A DNA stretch of 64,000 bases from Azolla caroliniana (lineage: Eukaryota > Plantae > Polypodiophyta), in assembly GCA_043228905.1 (NCBI GenBank), contig JBHGNT010000009.1, positions 1,612,001-1,676,000 of the forward strand. Direction: 5' to 3'. Positions 53,201-64,000 of this stretch are shown in pieces; position 1 is the first letter of the stretch; each line of letters begins with the position of its first letter. The notes under the pieces were generated by a model. It did not search any database. It was not told the origin of the DNA and was given only the letters and a program-made list of their open reading frames with translations. The translations under genes and the position numbers were made by a program.

Positions 53201-53287
53201 CCACGTCATCGGGCCTTTACTCAGATTCCGCGTGTCCAGCACCCTCCACGTGTCACCATCCTGTAGGGCCAAACCACCCTACGTGGC
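53201..53287. promoter_or_regulatory. ABRE/G-box cluster upstream of the sugar transporter
   Basis: CCACGTCA (53201), CGCGTGTC (53229), CCACGTGTC (53246) and TACGTGGC (53280) within 90 bp, just upstream of the CT-rich 5' leader. Confidence 0.6.
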
Positions 53288-55813
53288 AAACTGCTTTCTT
53301 TCTTTTATTCATACTTCACATTTTCAAAGCCCATGAATAATAATAATAATAATAATAGTAAATTGTAATAGTAATGAATCTCATGGTATGAACCATACGC
53401 GCATTCTCATGCGCGCATGTTTCAAACATTCGCGTATGGTATACACCCTCGAAGTATGGTAAATAGTAAATACCAATACTTTTTTATTCATTATTTATTA
53501 TAAGGTAAAATATTATAATTTATTTATTTTAAGCTAAAAAGTGTTTAAAAAACACATAATAATGTTTTGATAACATACGCATTCGTTTGCATTCGAATTA
53601 AACCGAATGTTTGCCGATGCATTTGAGTATATTACGTACTATGGTAACGATAATAAGATACACACACACACATACTGAATGAATGAATGAAGGGGAATGA
53701 ACGTTTTTTGTTCCAAATAATAGAAAGAGCAAAAACACACACACACACACACAGAAAAGAACCATTTGGCTCTCTCCATACTTGACTTGTGTGTGGTGTG
53801 TGTGTGATGTGTGTACTCTTCATATGGAGGGGGACTTGGGCTCTCTCTATCTCTCTCACAAACACGATTGGACGGGGCTCCGGACGAATCGTGTCACAGG
53901 AATTCACGCCTCTCGTCTACCCCAAATGTCCGCCCACTATACTATATAGTTGTCCGCAACCGAAGAGCTTTTGTCGATGATTCGAAACCATTTCTAAATC
54001 GAATAGTGCATGTAGTGAGTCGATAATGCACAGACGATTACACACTATGTGATATTTCAACCGTTTTGTGATGGATCATCATTGCCTTTTGCAGAAAATG
54101 AGTTACACGTTTACCCCCAATCACATCTTACCTTTAAGAAAAAGCCTGTCATGCTAAGCTACCAAAGAATTGAAGGACAATCCTGTACCAAAGAAGCACA
54201 ATGTTGGCTTTATGCTTTGTGTAATAAACTTTTAGATGTGGGGGCTACCATTGCCTCAATTTCGAGCCAGATCTGGGGGTTCACATCCTTTTAGTGAAAG
54301 TTACAAAAGCAAATAAAATGTTCTGAATTTACAATGCCAATAGTCTTGAGCTTGCATTGCACATAGATCACACCCAGATTCAAGCACTATATATTCTACT
54401 CCAAGCAAACAATTCATGATTTGAGCACAGGGATAATATGCCCAAGAAAGAAGTGGAAGCATGTAATTATCCATCAGTCTAATCCATCTTTCTTGGTGAG
54501 CCCATTCATGGATAGTATAAGATGGACCAAAGGACTTAACATGATCATACCAAGGTGACAGTGACATTGTTATGATTGGAGCAAATTCTACAGTCAGAAG
54601 GTGCATTATCAAGGTCACTCACGACTAGGAGTCAACAACAGCCCGATTCAAGCCATAACCAAGCTGTCAAACCGATTAAGCCATACCCACACAGTTGCCG
54701 ATTCCTAGTCACAACATTACATGAAACATTTGGCACACAAGCTGCTACACTGATGCTTCATGAAAAACCATAACTGATGCTCTGCCTCTTATAGATCATC
54801 CTGGGATAAGAGAAGCTTTTTCTGTTAGCTATACATATAATGCTCAAAGAATTCTTTTGGGTATGGCAATGTCCAGATATGAAACTGCATAGAGACATCA
54901 CCAATTTCAGCAGCGATTGCTCTTCATCACCCCTCTCATACATTATCAAATGGAACATAGAACTTGATGATTAGACATTAGGTTCATCATATCATTATTC
55001 ATCAACATTATTCATTACCATTGCGTGATATATCAAATCAACAGAAGCCCCATTCCAACTATCTGGCGTTGCCATTACATGATACCACTGCATGAGGACA
55101 CATTGCCAACAAAGAGCAATAAACACACGCAATGTGAAGCATTCTAAGATTATAGGTTATCAGAATAATCGAAATCAGAATACTGGAAAATTCAATTCTA
55201 CTTCAAGAAGCATAATACATTACGAAGGAGAAAACGTTTGTCTCTTTTCCCACATAGTATAATGCAATGGAAATGAAGAATCCCAACAATTTGCAGAAAT
55301 GGCAATGCTGGATCCTTTGCATACGTCTTACAAGCAAAATTCGGCTTCAAATTAGTCTCTGAAGCTACAATTTAAACCCTAGAGATCAACCATAATAATC
55401 TTGTGTCAGACATTAGGAAATAGATCACTGAGAGTGATCCATTCACAATTTTAGTAAACAAAAATCCAAAGCGTAATGAGAAATCATGACTTTGATCATA
55501 ACTGACAGTAACTCAAGTATAAGTCTGCCATAGCTTGAGCATAATGAGCCCCAATTTGGAGTAGATGGAACTGTGCACATAGCTTTCAGCAGGATGAAGC
55601 ATAATGCGTGCACAATCAACCATAAGTTGAGCAGTAAAACTAAAACTCAGACCAGGAGGAACCATAATTTGATCATAATATATAACAATTTGACAGTTGT
55701 GTCATGGAGAAGATGACCACCACTGAGAAATGAACACTCTTGCAAAGTTTCATTCCAGATTGCTTCTCAAAAACAAGCTCCAAAATAAGTGCATATATCT
55801 GATCCTTTCACAT

Positions 55814-56968
55814 TTATCGGAACTTCAACACGCTGGTTCTTGCTTTCTCATCTGATTTGCGAGTTACTTTCGAATAACTCAAACTGTGTTGCACATTCAG
55901 AGAATTACTTGCCCTCCTCGTCCTCTTCTGGGGAACTTCAATTGACACTTCAACCGTAGGAGTGACGGATGAAACTGAAGAAGAAGAAAGCTTCAGATCA
56001 TCAGACACCAGGTCACGATTCCTGCATTCGTCTACCTGTTCTTCCGACACCACCAACTCTGTAGCAGACGTCAAATCTTGGCTTTGTTCGGCTGTTTGAT
56101 TCTTTATGTCTTCTGTTTGTATATTTTCCCTGTAAATACCCTTGTCTTTTACGATATCTGTTCCATCTTCCTTTTTCCCCTCTGATTCATCCTTCCTTTC
56201 TTCTCTTTTATCCTCTACTCTCAAAACCTCCACCACTTTCGTCGTCTCCTTGTCAATGTTTTTAATTGGTTCTGAAACTACAGATTCAGAAACCCTAATT
56301 ATGGTTTGCACGGATTTACATTGCGTGAGAACAACCCGATTTTGAGTTTTAGTGGGATAACGATTCGAAACTGTGCAACATTTGGTCCTTTTCGGTCTAG
56401 ATGTACATGAAGATGTGTAATCATCATCATCATCTGCCAAGATCTACAGGGCAAAAAGAGGAACAATCAGCTACTATGATAAATTTTAACATACAGAAAA
56501 CCTGAGAGAAAGACAATGACGGAAAATATCAAATGACAAAGAGTGAAGAGAAGATACATGTTTCTATATGAGAGTTTCCTATAAGACAACTGGCTAAACA
56601 CACTCAGTGATCTTAATGCACACATACATCCCGACAAATGGAGAGAAAATCACAGAAACGAAGAAATGGGGAGAGACGCGTACTGTTTTGTGAGCGAAAC
56701 CAAAGGAAATACAGAGAATTAGAGAAAGAACAGAAAGAAATGGAGAAAAAACCGAAATTGGTAGAGAACTTACGTTTAGAGGGGCGAGTGGGCTCAGAAC
56801 GTGAGTAATATCCTGAAGGGGAGCTCTTGGGAAGCCCTGAGGGAGGGGGCTTCTGCCCTCCGATCTCTGAGTTCGGGAGGCCGCCATGGCTGCTGGACCT
56901 ACGAGTGCAGCAGAAGAAGGGCACATGTTCTCCTTTCCAATGTCCGCCGAGACCATAAGATTCTTCAT
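55814..56968 (-). CDS. UVI4/OSD1(GIG1)-like APC/C inhibitor, 2 coding exons (56968-56774, 56443-55814), about 274 aa
   Basis: GKEN (GxEN/KEN box). SPLPQGFPRAPLQDITH resembles the UVI4/OSD1 S.LPSWYPRTPLRDIT D-box block. The C-terminus RTSVLKFR* is an x-R tail. Phase-0 GT-AG intron. The start could alternatively be 56956. Confidence 0.7.
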
Positions 56969-57173
56969 CGCAAAGCAATGGAAGAAGAAGAAATCAAACC
57001 TCTCGCAGATCTCTCGTTCTCTCACACACAGATATCTCTGAGAACTTTCTCTATCTCTGTCGCTGCTTCTGTCTCTCTTTCTGTGGGTTATGGAAGGTGG
57101 AGTAAATTCAGCTATGGCGATTTTCTTGTTCTGTGTGTTAGTGTCTGTTAAATATATTTATATATATGAAGCG

Positions 57174-57227
<54 letters not shown>

Positions 57228-57230
57228 AAA

Positions 57231-57257
57231 GCGCCAAAACAATTTGAAATTCAAATT
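57231..57257 (-). promoter_or_regulatory. E2F site plus palindromic TTTGAA (CHR/CPP-type) element upstream of the UVI4/OSD1-like gene
   Basis: The minus strand reads aatttgaatttcaaattgTTTTGGCGC. Confidence 0.5.
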
Positions 57258-58869
57258 TTTTTGCTTCATTCATTTCATGGAGAAGAAAAGAAAGAAAGAA
57301 TAAAGAAGAAGAGGGATAATTTTGGGGGGCAGGTATCCGTTTCAAAACAAAAAAATAACTCGAGAACCAGTCACCATACATACATACATACATACATACA
57401 TACATACACATACATACATACATACATACATACATGCATGTATACATACATAAAAGTTAAAACCAATAAAATCTTAACCATATATGTATGATGTATCTCA
57501 ATTCAATCCACAAACAGGCAGTTTGGATCCCTCAAATCTTGCCTCCTCCTCCTCCTCCTCCTGAACCCTTTGTCCCCTGTCTCGTTGGTCATGGATGGGC
57601 AAACAAACACGGGAATACTAACGCGTATCGGGTTTTCACAGGGGCCACACACATCATTCGTCGAGTAGCCCGGGTGTCGGTTTCTCTGGTCATGATGAAT
57701 CCACCCGCCCCCTATTCAGGTGCGTTCGCATGTAGCACCTAGACACAATACGATCTTGGCAGGACTAATGTGCAAAGTTGGCTTCTTCTACCTATTGGGT
57801 CTCATGTGAAAAGGGGGCGGGAGGGAGGCAATATGTGTTCTAATGTGCCCCGTGCTTCTTCCTACCAATAACCCATTGATGGGCCGCAAAGCCAATAACT
57901 AGCAATTCATTGGATAATTAAGAAGAAACAAAGAAGGTACCCATGTTATTTGATGTGGGTTGGCAAACATATTTTAGTTTGAAACATCCCCTTTGAGGAT
58001 GGCATTTGAACAACCAACTTTTAATTACCACATTTACGAGCTTCACCAGTCTCCTCCTTAACATCGTTGACCAATTCGTTTTGAAATTTATTCATTTATT
58101 TACTACTAGCATAGGTGATGCCTTGCTGCTTACTACAAGTAGATAATTTCTATATTTCCCGATGCATGAAGTATGAACAAATATTTTGGTTGCACAAAGG
58201 AGTTGAAGTTGTACTTACAAATTGAATGCCTTCCTTCGAATCATTTGATTCAACTTGGTGCCTTTTGCATTTGCTTGGGGTTACCCCACCCAAGCTAATT
58301 ACATCATCATATTGAACCACAACTAAAAAACGTCACTTTTTCTTTTTTGAACCAACATTTAGCAGCTTCATGCGTGTAGTGGGTGCACAATCCAATTGTC
58401 ACCATCACTAGAAAATTCATACGGACAGACACAAGTTTTGGTGCATTCATGCCCCCCCCCCCAAATCATCATATGAATGGAAGCCTAATGTGCTCCAATC
58501 GAAAGCCTCCTTTCTTACAAATGGACCTTGTCATGCATGTGTGTCAATAATCTTGAGGTAAACTTATGCATAATTTGGGGATTTATTTAAACAAGATTTG
58601 CCTTGCCTTCGTATATAGAAACAACAACATCTTAGAGCACATAAGCTCGTTGATTCAAATGCAATAAAGAATTTGAGTTTGATTGAAGCAACATATAGCA
58701 ATGTTGAAGCTTTTACAATCATGAATTTATGCATATAAATTTGACATGCCTCATCCAAACAATGATGCAACCCAAAGAGGTAAAGTAATCTCATTTGGAA
58801 AACAATTCATGTCAAGCATCACATAGCTAATGAGCATGTGTTGTGAAATTGTTGAGGAGAAAAGTGATA

Positions 58870-58969
58870 NNNNNNNNNNNNNNNNNNNNNNNNNNNNNNN
58901 NNNNNNNNNNNNNNNNNNNNNNNNNNNNNNNNNNNNNNNNNNNNNNNNNNNNNNNNNNNNNNNNNNNNN
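58870..58969. other. Assembly gap (100 N)
   Basis: Run of n. Confidence 1.
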
Positions 58970-61900
58970 ATTGGGGCAAAAGATACCTTGAGTATAACGT
59001 TTTGTTAGAAGAGTTTGTAGCCTCCTAACAAATGACATATAAATAATGTTGCAACAAAATTTCAAGGGAGACAAATATACGTTGATTTGAACTTGGTCAA
59101 GACAAAACATATAATTATGAGTTGCAAGTGGCTACTTACGGGTTGGAGCAAATTGGATGGTCAAATGAAATTTCATATTGGTGTGGCAAATTGTCATTGG
59201 TTGCAAAAAAAATAGAGCAAACAACTTTTCCATGGCACGTTGACAAATAATGTGCATAAGTAAATTTTCGATGCGTGTAAGTCTCAACACTCAACAAAAA
59301 CCAAAGAGGACCCATGGACATCACTATCTAAGCAAATATCTCATATGTATATCACACTGAAAAAGGGAGGTAAAAATATGTAAGGATTATGAATATTTGA
59401 TCCTATTATCAAGATGAGTGTAAGTCGTGACTATTTAGCAAGTTATTTTTTTCTTTTGAAATGAGATATAAGGTTAATGACTCAAGTTCTATCACGAGTT
59501 TTTTCAGCATTGCATGTTTCGGAGCACATTTCCCTAGTCTTCAATGCTTTTGACCGTAAATTGATTGAGTAAAAAACTTGCAACTTTTTGTGACCCTAAA
59601 TACTCTTCAATCTTTTAGGTTTAGATACAGAGACTTTTTTAGTTATATTCAATGATTAAATGGATTACATGTTCATTGGGTTCCTTTTATTGCCACTGAT
59701 TAGGTACAAAACTTTGATTAGCAACCTTTATACATTTTAAAGAGTTGCATTGTGATGGGGTTCCTTCAATTGCTTATATGTATTTGGGTCACCAAATTTC
59801 TAATTGTAGCATTGAAGTATCGAGGAAAGCATGACGTTGTGTTGAGACAATGTGGAGGGTTAAGCACGCCATGATACATGATTCATACACGTAACCATGC
59901 TAAATGATCTTCCATATCATGTTGAACTTCTTGAATAGTGAAAGCAACCGTGGAAACAATATATTATATTATATATATGCATTTAGTACGACAATGCTAA
60001 TAAATTTTTAATGCATCCTGAATGTAACGACAACAATGTACCTAGCATTTCCATACTCCCATATGCTCAAAATCATGATTGAATGTAGGTTTTTTAGTAA
60101 TATTAACCTGCAATATGACCAACATTAACCATTTGTATGTATCATAGCACATTGTGCATGCATATATATTATTATGATTGCGACGTTATCAATTCACTAC
60201 CCGTAGGTTGTATCCTTTAAAACAATAAATCACCATGTGCATTCACTACAATTAGTGGTGGATTGTCTTAGTTGAGTCTCGCCATGCACACTATATGCAA
60301 TGTTCAATGCCTCATACAAACTTGGGTGGTCTGCCTCCAATGTCATAGTTTCAATTTCTCAAGTACAAAAACTGTTGTTAACTAGCATCGTCCACTTGAA
60401 TGTTAGTTGGAGGTAAAGGAAAAAGTGACACGCCTCAAAAACGGACAAAGACTGAATAGAGATATAAAGAGCTTAGTGTGAAAAAGCCCTAGGGCATGGT
60501 AAAAGCGACAAAAGACATTCGTATAACTCTTTAAGTTTCTTCTTGTCCTTTTTAGAACCTAAGCTACAACTTAAGACCTTCATAAATAAGTTATAATCAC
60601 TTCTATAATCTAATTGCTAATGTAAGTAAGACCAAAGCTTAAGCTTCTATATTAAGCCTTTGGGTGAATTGTAACTTGTAACTAGTTATCTCTTAAAACC
60701 ATTAATTGTGATTATTAACATGCTTTCTTGGTATCAAGAATAAAGTTTGTTTAGTTCATTCCTTAGTATTAGTAATAGTATTGGGAGTGGACACCCACTC
60801 CTACTTGTCTCACCCACAATAGAGGAGACTTTGTCTTGCCCTTGTAGACTTAGGTTCTAGGTTATTTGGGTAAGAGTAGCTAGAACGGCATAAGGTAAGC
60901 TTGGCAAACATCCCAACATTCATATCTATGATCTATGGTAGTATCATATCATTGATCACACTGTTATTGTCTCATAGGATAGTGTGCCTCCATTTTCACC
61001 GTATAAAGCCGATCAAGATTTGAAGATTTTTTTTTTCTAAAATTATATGGATCTCATGGATAAACTCAACTTAGCAACATAAGAGAGCCATGGATATTTG
61101 AAGAAAAAAAATTTACGCTCAAGATTCAGACTCACACACATCCATACATCCATCTGTACACACACACACACACACACACACACATCCATCCATCGATACC
61201 TATAGACATACACACACACACAACATCCATCCATCCATCAATCCATACATACATACGTGCATACATATGTGCAATGCAATAATTGTAGTGTCTTCAACCA
61301 TTAAGAAATGTATGAAAAAGAGGACCCCATCCCATGCCACCTTTACCAATAAGACGCCACAAATTCTTGCAAATTCTACTTGCACAAAAGCTCATGCTTG
61401 TGGTAAAGAAGGAAACAAGAATTCACGACTATAAAATGCCACGAGTCTCGAGCTTGAATCTAGAAACCGGCCTGAAAGCGAAATTTAGCGTAGGAGGGGC
61501 ATCCATCCCTTACTCGCCTCACATGGTCAATTCTCGAGCAAAAGGTATATATGTATATCAATATATATATATATATATATATATAGATAGACAGATAAAT
61601 ATTGTTCCGTTCAGCGAGAGAAGTCGAGAAGCAAAAACACGGGGACCTGTGATTCATTGGCTTGAATTATCGAGTAGGCCGTTTGGCTACCGGGTGGGCG
61701 TAAGAGCAAAAGGTGAAGCCTATTGGACGGATGGACAGAAAAAACCCGAGAAAGAAAGAAAGCGAGAACCCGAAAAGGCGAGACTTTCTTAGGAAACGCG
61801 TACAGTATTGTGCGTTTTGCGTTTTGCTTTTTGTTTTTTGCTTTTTGCTTTTTGCTTTTTGCTTTTTTCTCCTCTTGCAGCCAAAAGAAGAAGGAAAGCA

Positions 61901-62448
61901 AGGAAGGAAATGCAGTCTGACTGCGATGATATAAATGAAAAATAAGAACAAAAGCGAACTATAAGACCTTTATATGTTTTTTTTTTTAAAAACTGTATTT
62001 CTATTAATTTACATATCTAGCCCCACCCCAAAAAAACACAAAAAATCAAAACAAAACGCAATTCCTTTCTCGTTCTTGTTTCTTCCTTCCTTCCTCCCCC
62101 TCTCTGTTATACCAACAGCACCCAAAAAAACAAACAGAAACAGAAATTTCGTTCTGATTCTCTGTACATCGTTTTCTTATTATTACAAACCCTAATATAC
62201 TTTCCTGATGAAAATATCCTTCTGATTCTCTGTCGATCGTTTTCTTATATATATGTGTGTGTGTTTGTATATATTCTTATCTTCTTTGAATCGATCTGTT
62301 AATCACATCTGTATGCATAACATATATAAACGGATTAGAAAGAGATATTGATTCATCATGCAGAATCGCCCACTGCTTTGATCTTCGCTTGATTCGTTCC
62401 ATACCGACAAAGACACGGTTTGATTTTTTCAGTCTTTTGATCTCTGCC

Positions 62449-64000
62449 ATGGCCCCCTCTTGCGCAGATAATAATCGTGATAACTGCAACAATCGCAATA
62501 ATGATAGCAGTATCGATCTGAGATTGAAGAGAAGAGATCAAGCTAGGAAAAGGTTCTCTTCCGAGTGGGTGGTATACTCTCCTCTGCCAGTAACAAAGCG
62601 GCCCAAGAATATATTGTCGAAGAATGTATTATCAGGCGGATTGGGTGCAGAGGATGAGAGCCCCCAGTCTGAAATAATCCAAGAAGACGAAGAAGAAGAA
62701 GAAGAAGAAGACGAAGAATTCGATCAAGACTTTGGATTAGAAAAGTCTGCCCGAAAGAAGAATGTAAATGTGCGTAGACAGGTTCCATGTGATGCCAAAC
62801 ATCCACACGGCCATAGAAAGGGAGCCCATAGGAAGGTATTATTTAACCCTAAAGATTTCTCTGTTGTACACTCAGGCCAGCAGCTGACAGACTCTACTCT
62901 GGCTCCAGATATTACCATGGATATGATTTCCCGGAACTGCCCGAACAATTTATCGGACTCCAAATTGCAGACAGTGCAGCCGGCTGATGCACAATTGGGG
63001 GATGCCAAAAATGTACCTAATCTACCCAACTACATCATCATAGTATGTTCAGGTGTCGAAGGTGCTTACTACCCCCGAAACCATGAAGTGATTTGCCTAT
63101 GCCAAACTTGCAAAGGTTCAAAACCTATGCTAGGAATCTCTAAGTGGGAAGCTCATACAGGTTGCCGAAGGAAGAAATGGAAACTCAGTGTCCGTGTTAA
63201 ACATGACCGATCCATTCATAACGACCTGAATTCGGACAGAAATACAAATATGACCCTCCTCTCATGGCTCCAATTGATGGCGGAAAGTGGAGTAAATAAC
63301 CTCGCTTTCCAAGTTTATCCCCAAGATCAACTCATAGTGAATCGCCTACGAAATGTGCCGTACAATCCAGTCATCGTAAAATGGACTCCAGAGAGATGTG
63401 CCGTTTGCCGATGGGTCGAAGATTATGACTACAACCAAATGCTCGTGTGCAACAGGTGTGAAATTGCGGTCCATGAAGAATGCTATGGTGTGAAGGCGTC
63501 TGAAATAGGGGGATCATTCATATGCAGAGCATGTGAGGATGTTCAGACATTGGTAGAATGTTGTTTGTGTCCAGTTAAAGGAGGAGCATTGAAACGGACC
63601 ACGGTTCCCGACCTCTGGGCCCATATCTATTGTGCCTGGTTCACAAAAGGTGTATTCTTCGATAACGTAACAAGGATGGAACCAGTGTGTGGAATCCTTG
63701 ATATTCCACTCCAGCGATTCTCAGAGCGATGCATCATATGTTATCAAGTTCATGGGGCATGCATAAAGTGTGAAGAATGTGAGGTTACTTACCATGCCAC
63801 ATGTGCAGTTAGAGCAGGGTACCGAATGGAGATTAGTAGTGTTGTTGGGAGAGACGGGTTCAAGAAAGTCTCTTATTGTTCTAGACATCGGAAACCAAGT
63901 CAAGATGGTCGCTTGGTCATCGCGGCTTTAGAAGCCGAATTAGCTAACACAAAGCTTCCGGAATTCGCCGAAGAATATCCCAAGAAAGATACCGAGGGCA
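62449..64000 (+). CDS. ATX3/4/5-like (trithorax class) chromatin protein, intronless over the visible 1.55 kb, truncated by the window end
   Basis: Open frame from GCCATGG at 62449 to the end. It is missing from the ORF track because it has no stop. Contains VCSGVEGAYYP..H.VIC.C..C..SKWEAHTGCRRKKWK.SV (SAND-like), KWTPERCAVCRWVEDYDYN..VCNRCEIAVHEECYG (PHD) and CCLCPVKGGALK...WAH..CAWF...C..C.QVHGAC..C..C...YHATCA.RAGYRME (extended PHD). Confidence 0.85.
   Translation, partial: MAPSCADNNRDNCNNRNNDSSIDLRLKRRDQARKRFSSEWVVYSPLPVTKRPKNILSKNVLSGGLGAEDESPQSEIIQEDEEEEEEEDEEFDQDFGLEKSARKKNVNVRRQVPCDAKHPHGHRKGAHRKVLFNPKDFSVVHSGQQLTDSTLAPDITMDMISRNCPNNLSDSKLQTVQPADAQLGDAKNVPNLPNYIIIVCSGVEGAYYPRNHEVICLCQTCKGSKPMLGISKWEAHTGCRRKKWKLSVRVKHDRSIHNDLNSDRNTNMTLLSWLQLMAESGVNNLAFQVYPQDQLIVNRLRNVPYNPVIVKWTPERCAVCRWVEDYDYNQMLVCNRCEIAVHEECYGVKASEIGGSFICRACEDVQTLVECCLCPVKGGALKRTTVPDLWAHIYCAWFTKGVFFDNVTRMEPVCGILDIPLQRFSERCIICYQVHGACIKCEECEVTYHATCAVRAGYRMEISSVVGRDGFKKVSYCSRHRKPSQDGRLVIAALEAELANTKLPEFAEEYPKKDTEG

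Noticed and set aside
53390-53442. Short inverted repeat accatacgcg...cgcgtatggt
   Set aside because: Only a 10-bp stem; not enough for a miRNA or MITE call.
54750-55050. TGATGA/CTGA words suggesting box C/D snoRNAs on the minus strand
   Set aside because: No terminal stem with a properly placed D box, and no rRNA-complementary guide that I could recognise.
57090-57491. ORFs such as LSLSLS or HTYIHT here and at 36344, 46157, 52804 and 61043
   Set aside because: Translations of (CT)n, (TACA)n and (CA)n microsatellites.
58000-60450. Possible DNA transposon remnant around the assembly gap
   Set aside because: No transposase motif or terminal repeats could be identified, and the gap prevents judging continuity.

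Overview
Eukaryotic nuclear DNA from a land plant. The intron style, PLS-type PPR remnants and gene set suggest a fern or other non-seed plant, but that is inference only. Spliced genes reconstructed by hand: eIF4B (-) head-to-head with eIF4A (+), ARABIDILLO-like F-box/ARM gene (-), violaxanthin de-epoxidase-related VDR (+), two-domain secreted nucleoside hydrolase NSH3-like (+), pGlcT/SGB1-type sugar transporter (-), UVI4/OSD1-like APC/C inhibitor (-), and an intronless ATX3/4/5-like PHD gene running off the right edge (+). Also present: one apparently intact tRNA-Ala(CGC) within a cluster of decayed tRNA-Ala copies, a decayed LINE, a PPR pseudogene, many repeats and a 100-N gap. The standout is a two-exon gene at 29918-31866 (-) encoding a 255-aa secreted protein that closely resembles fungal PL20 beta-1,4-glucuronan lyases. 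It sits directly beside a plant gene (VDR) and is a strong candidate for a domesticated horizontal transfer into a plant. All family assignments come from recognising motifs by eye, not from database searches.
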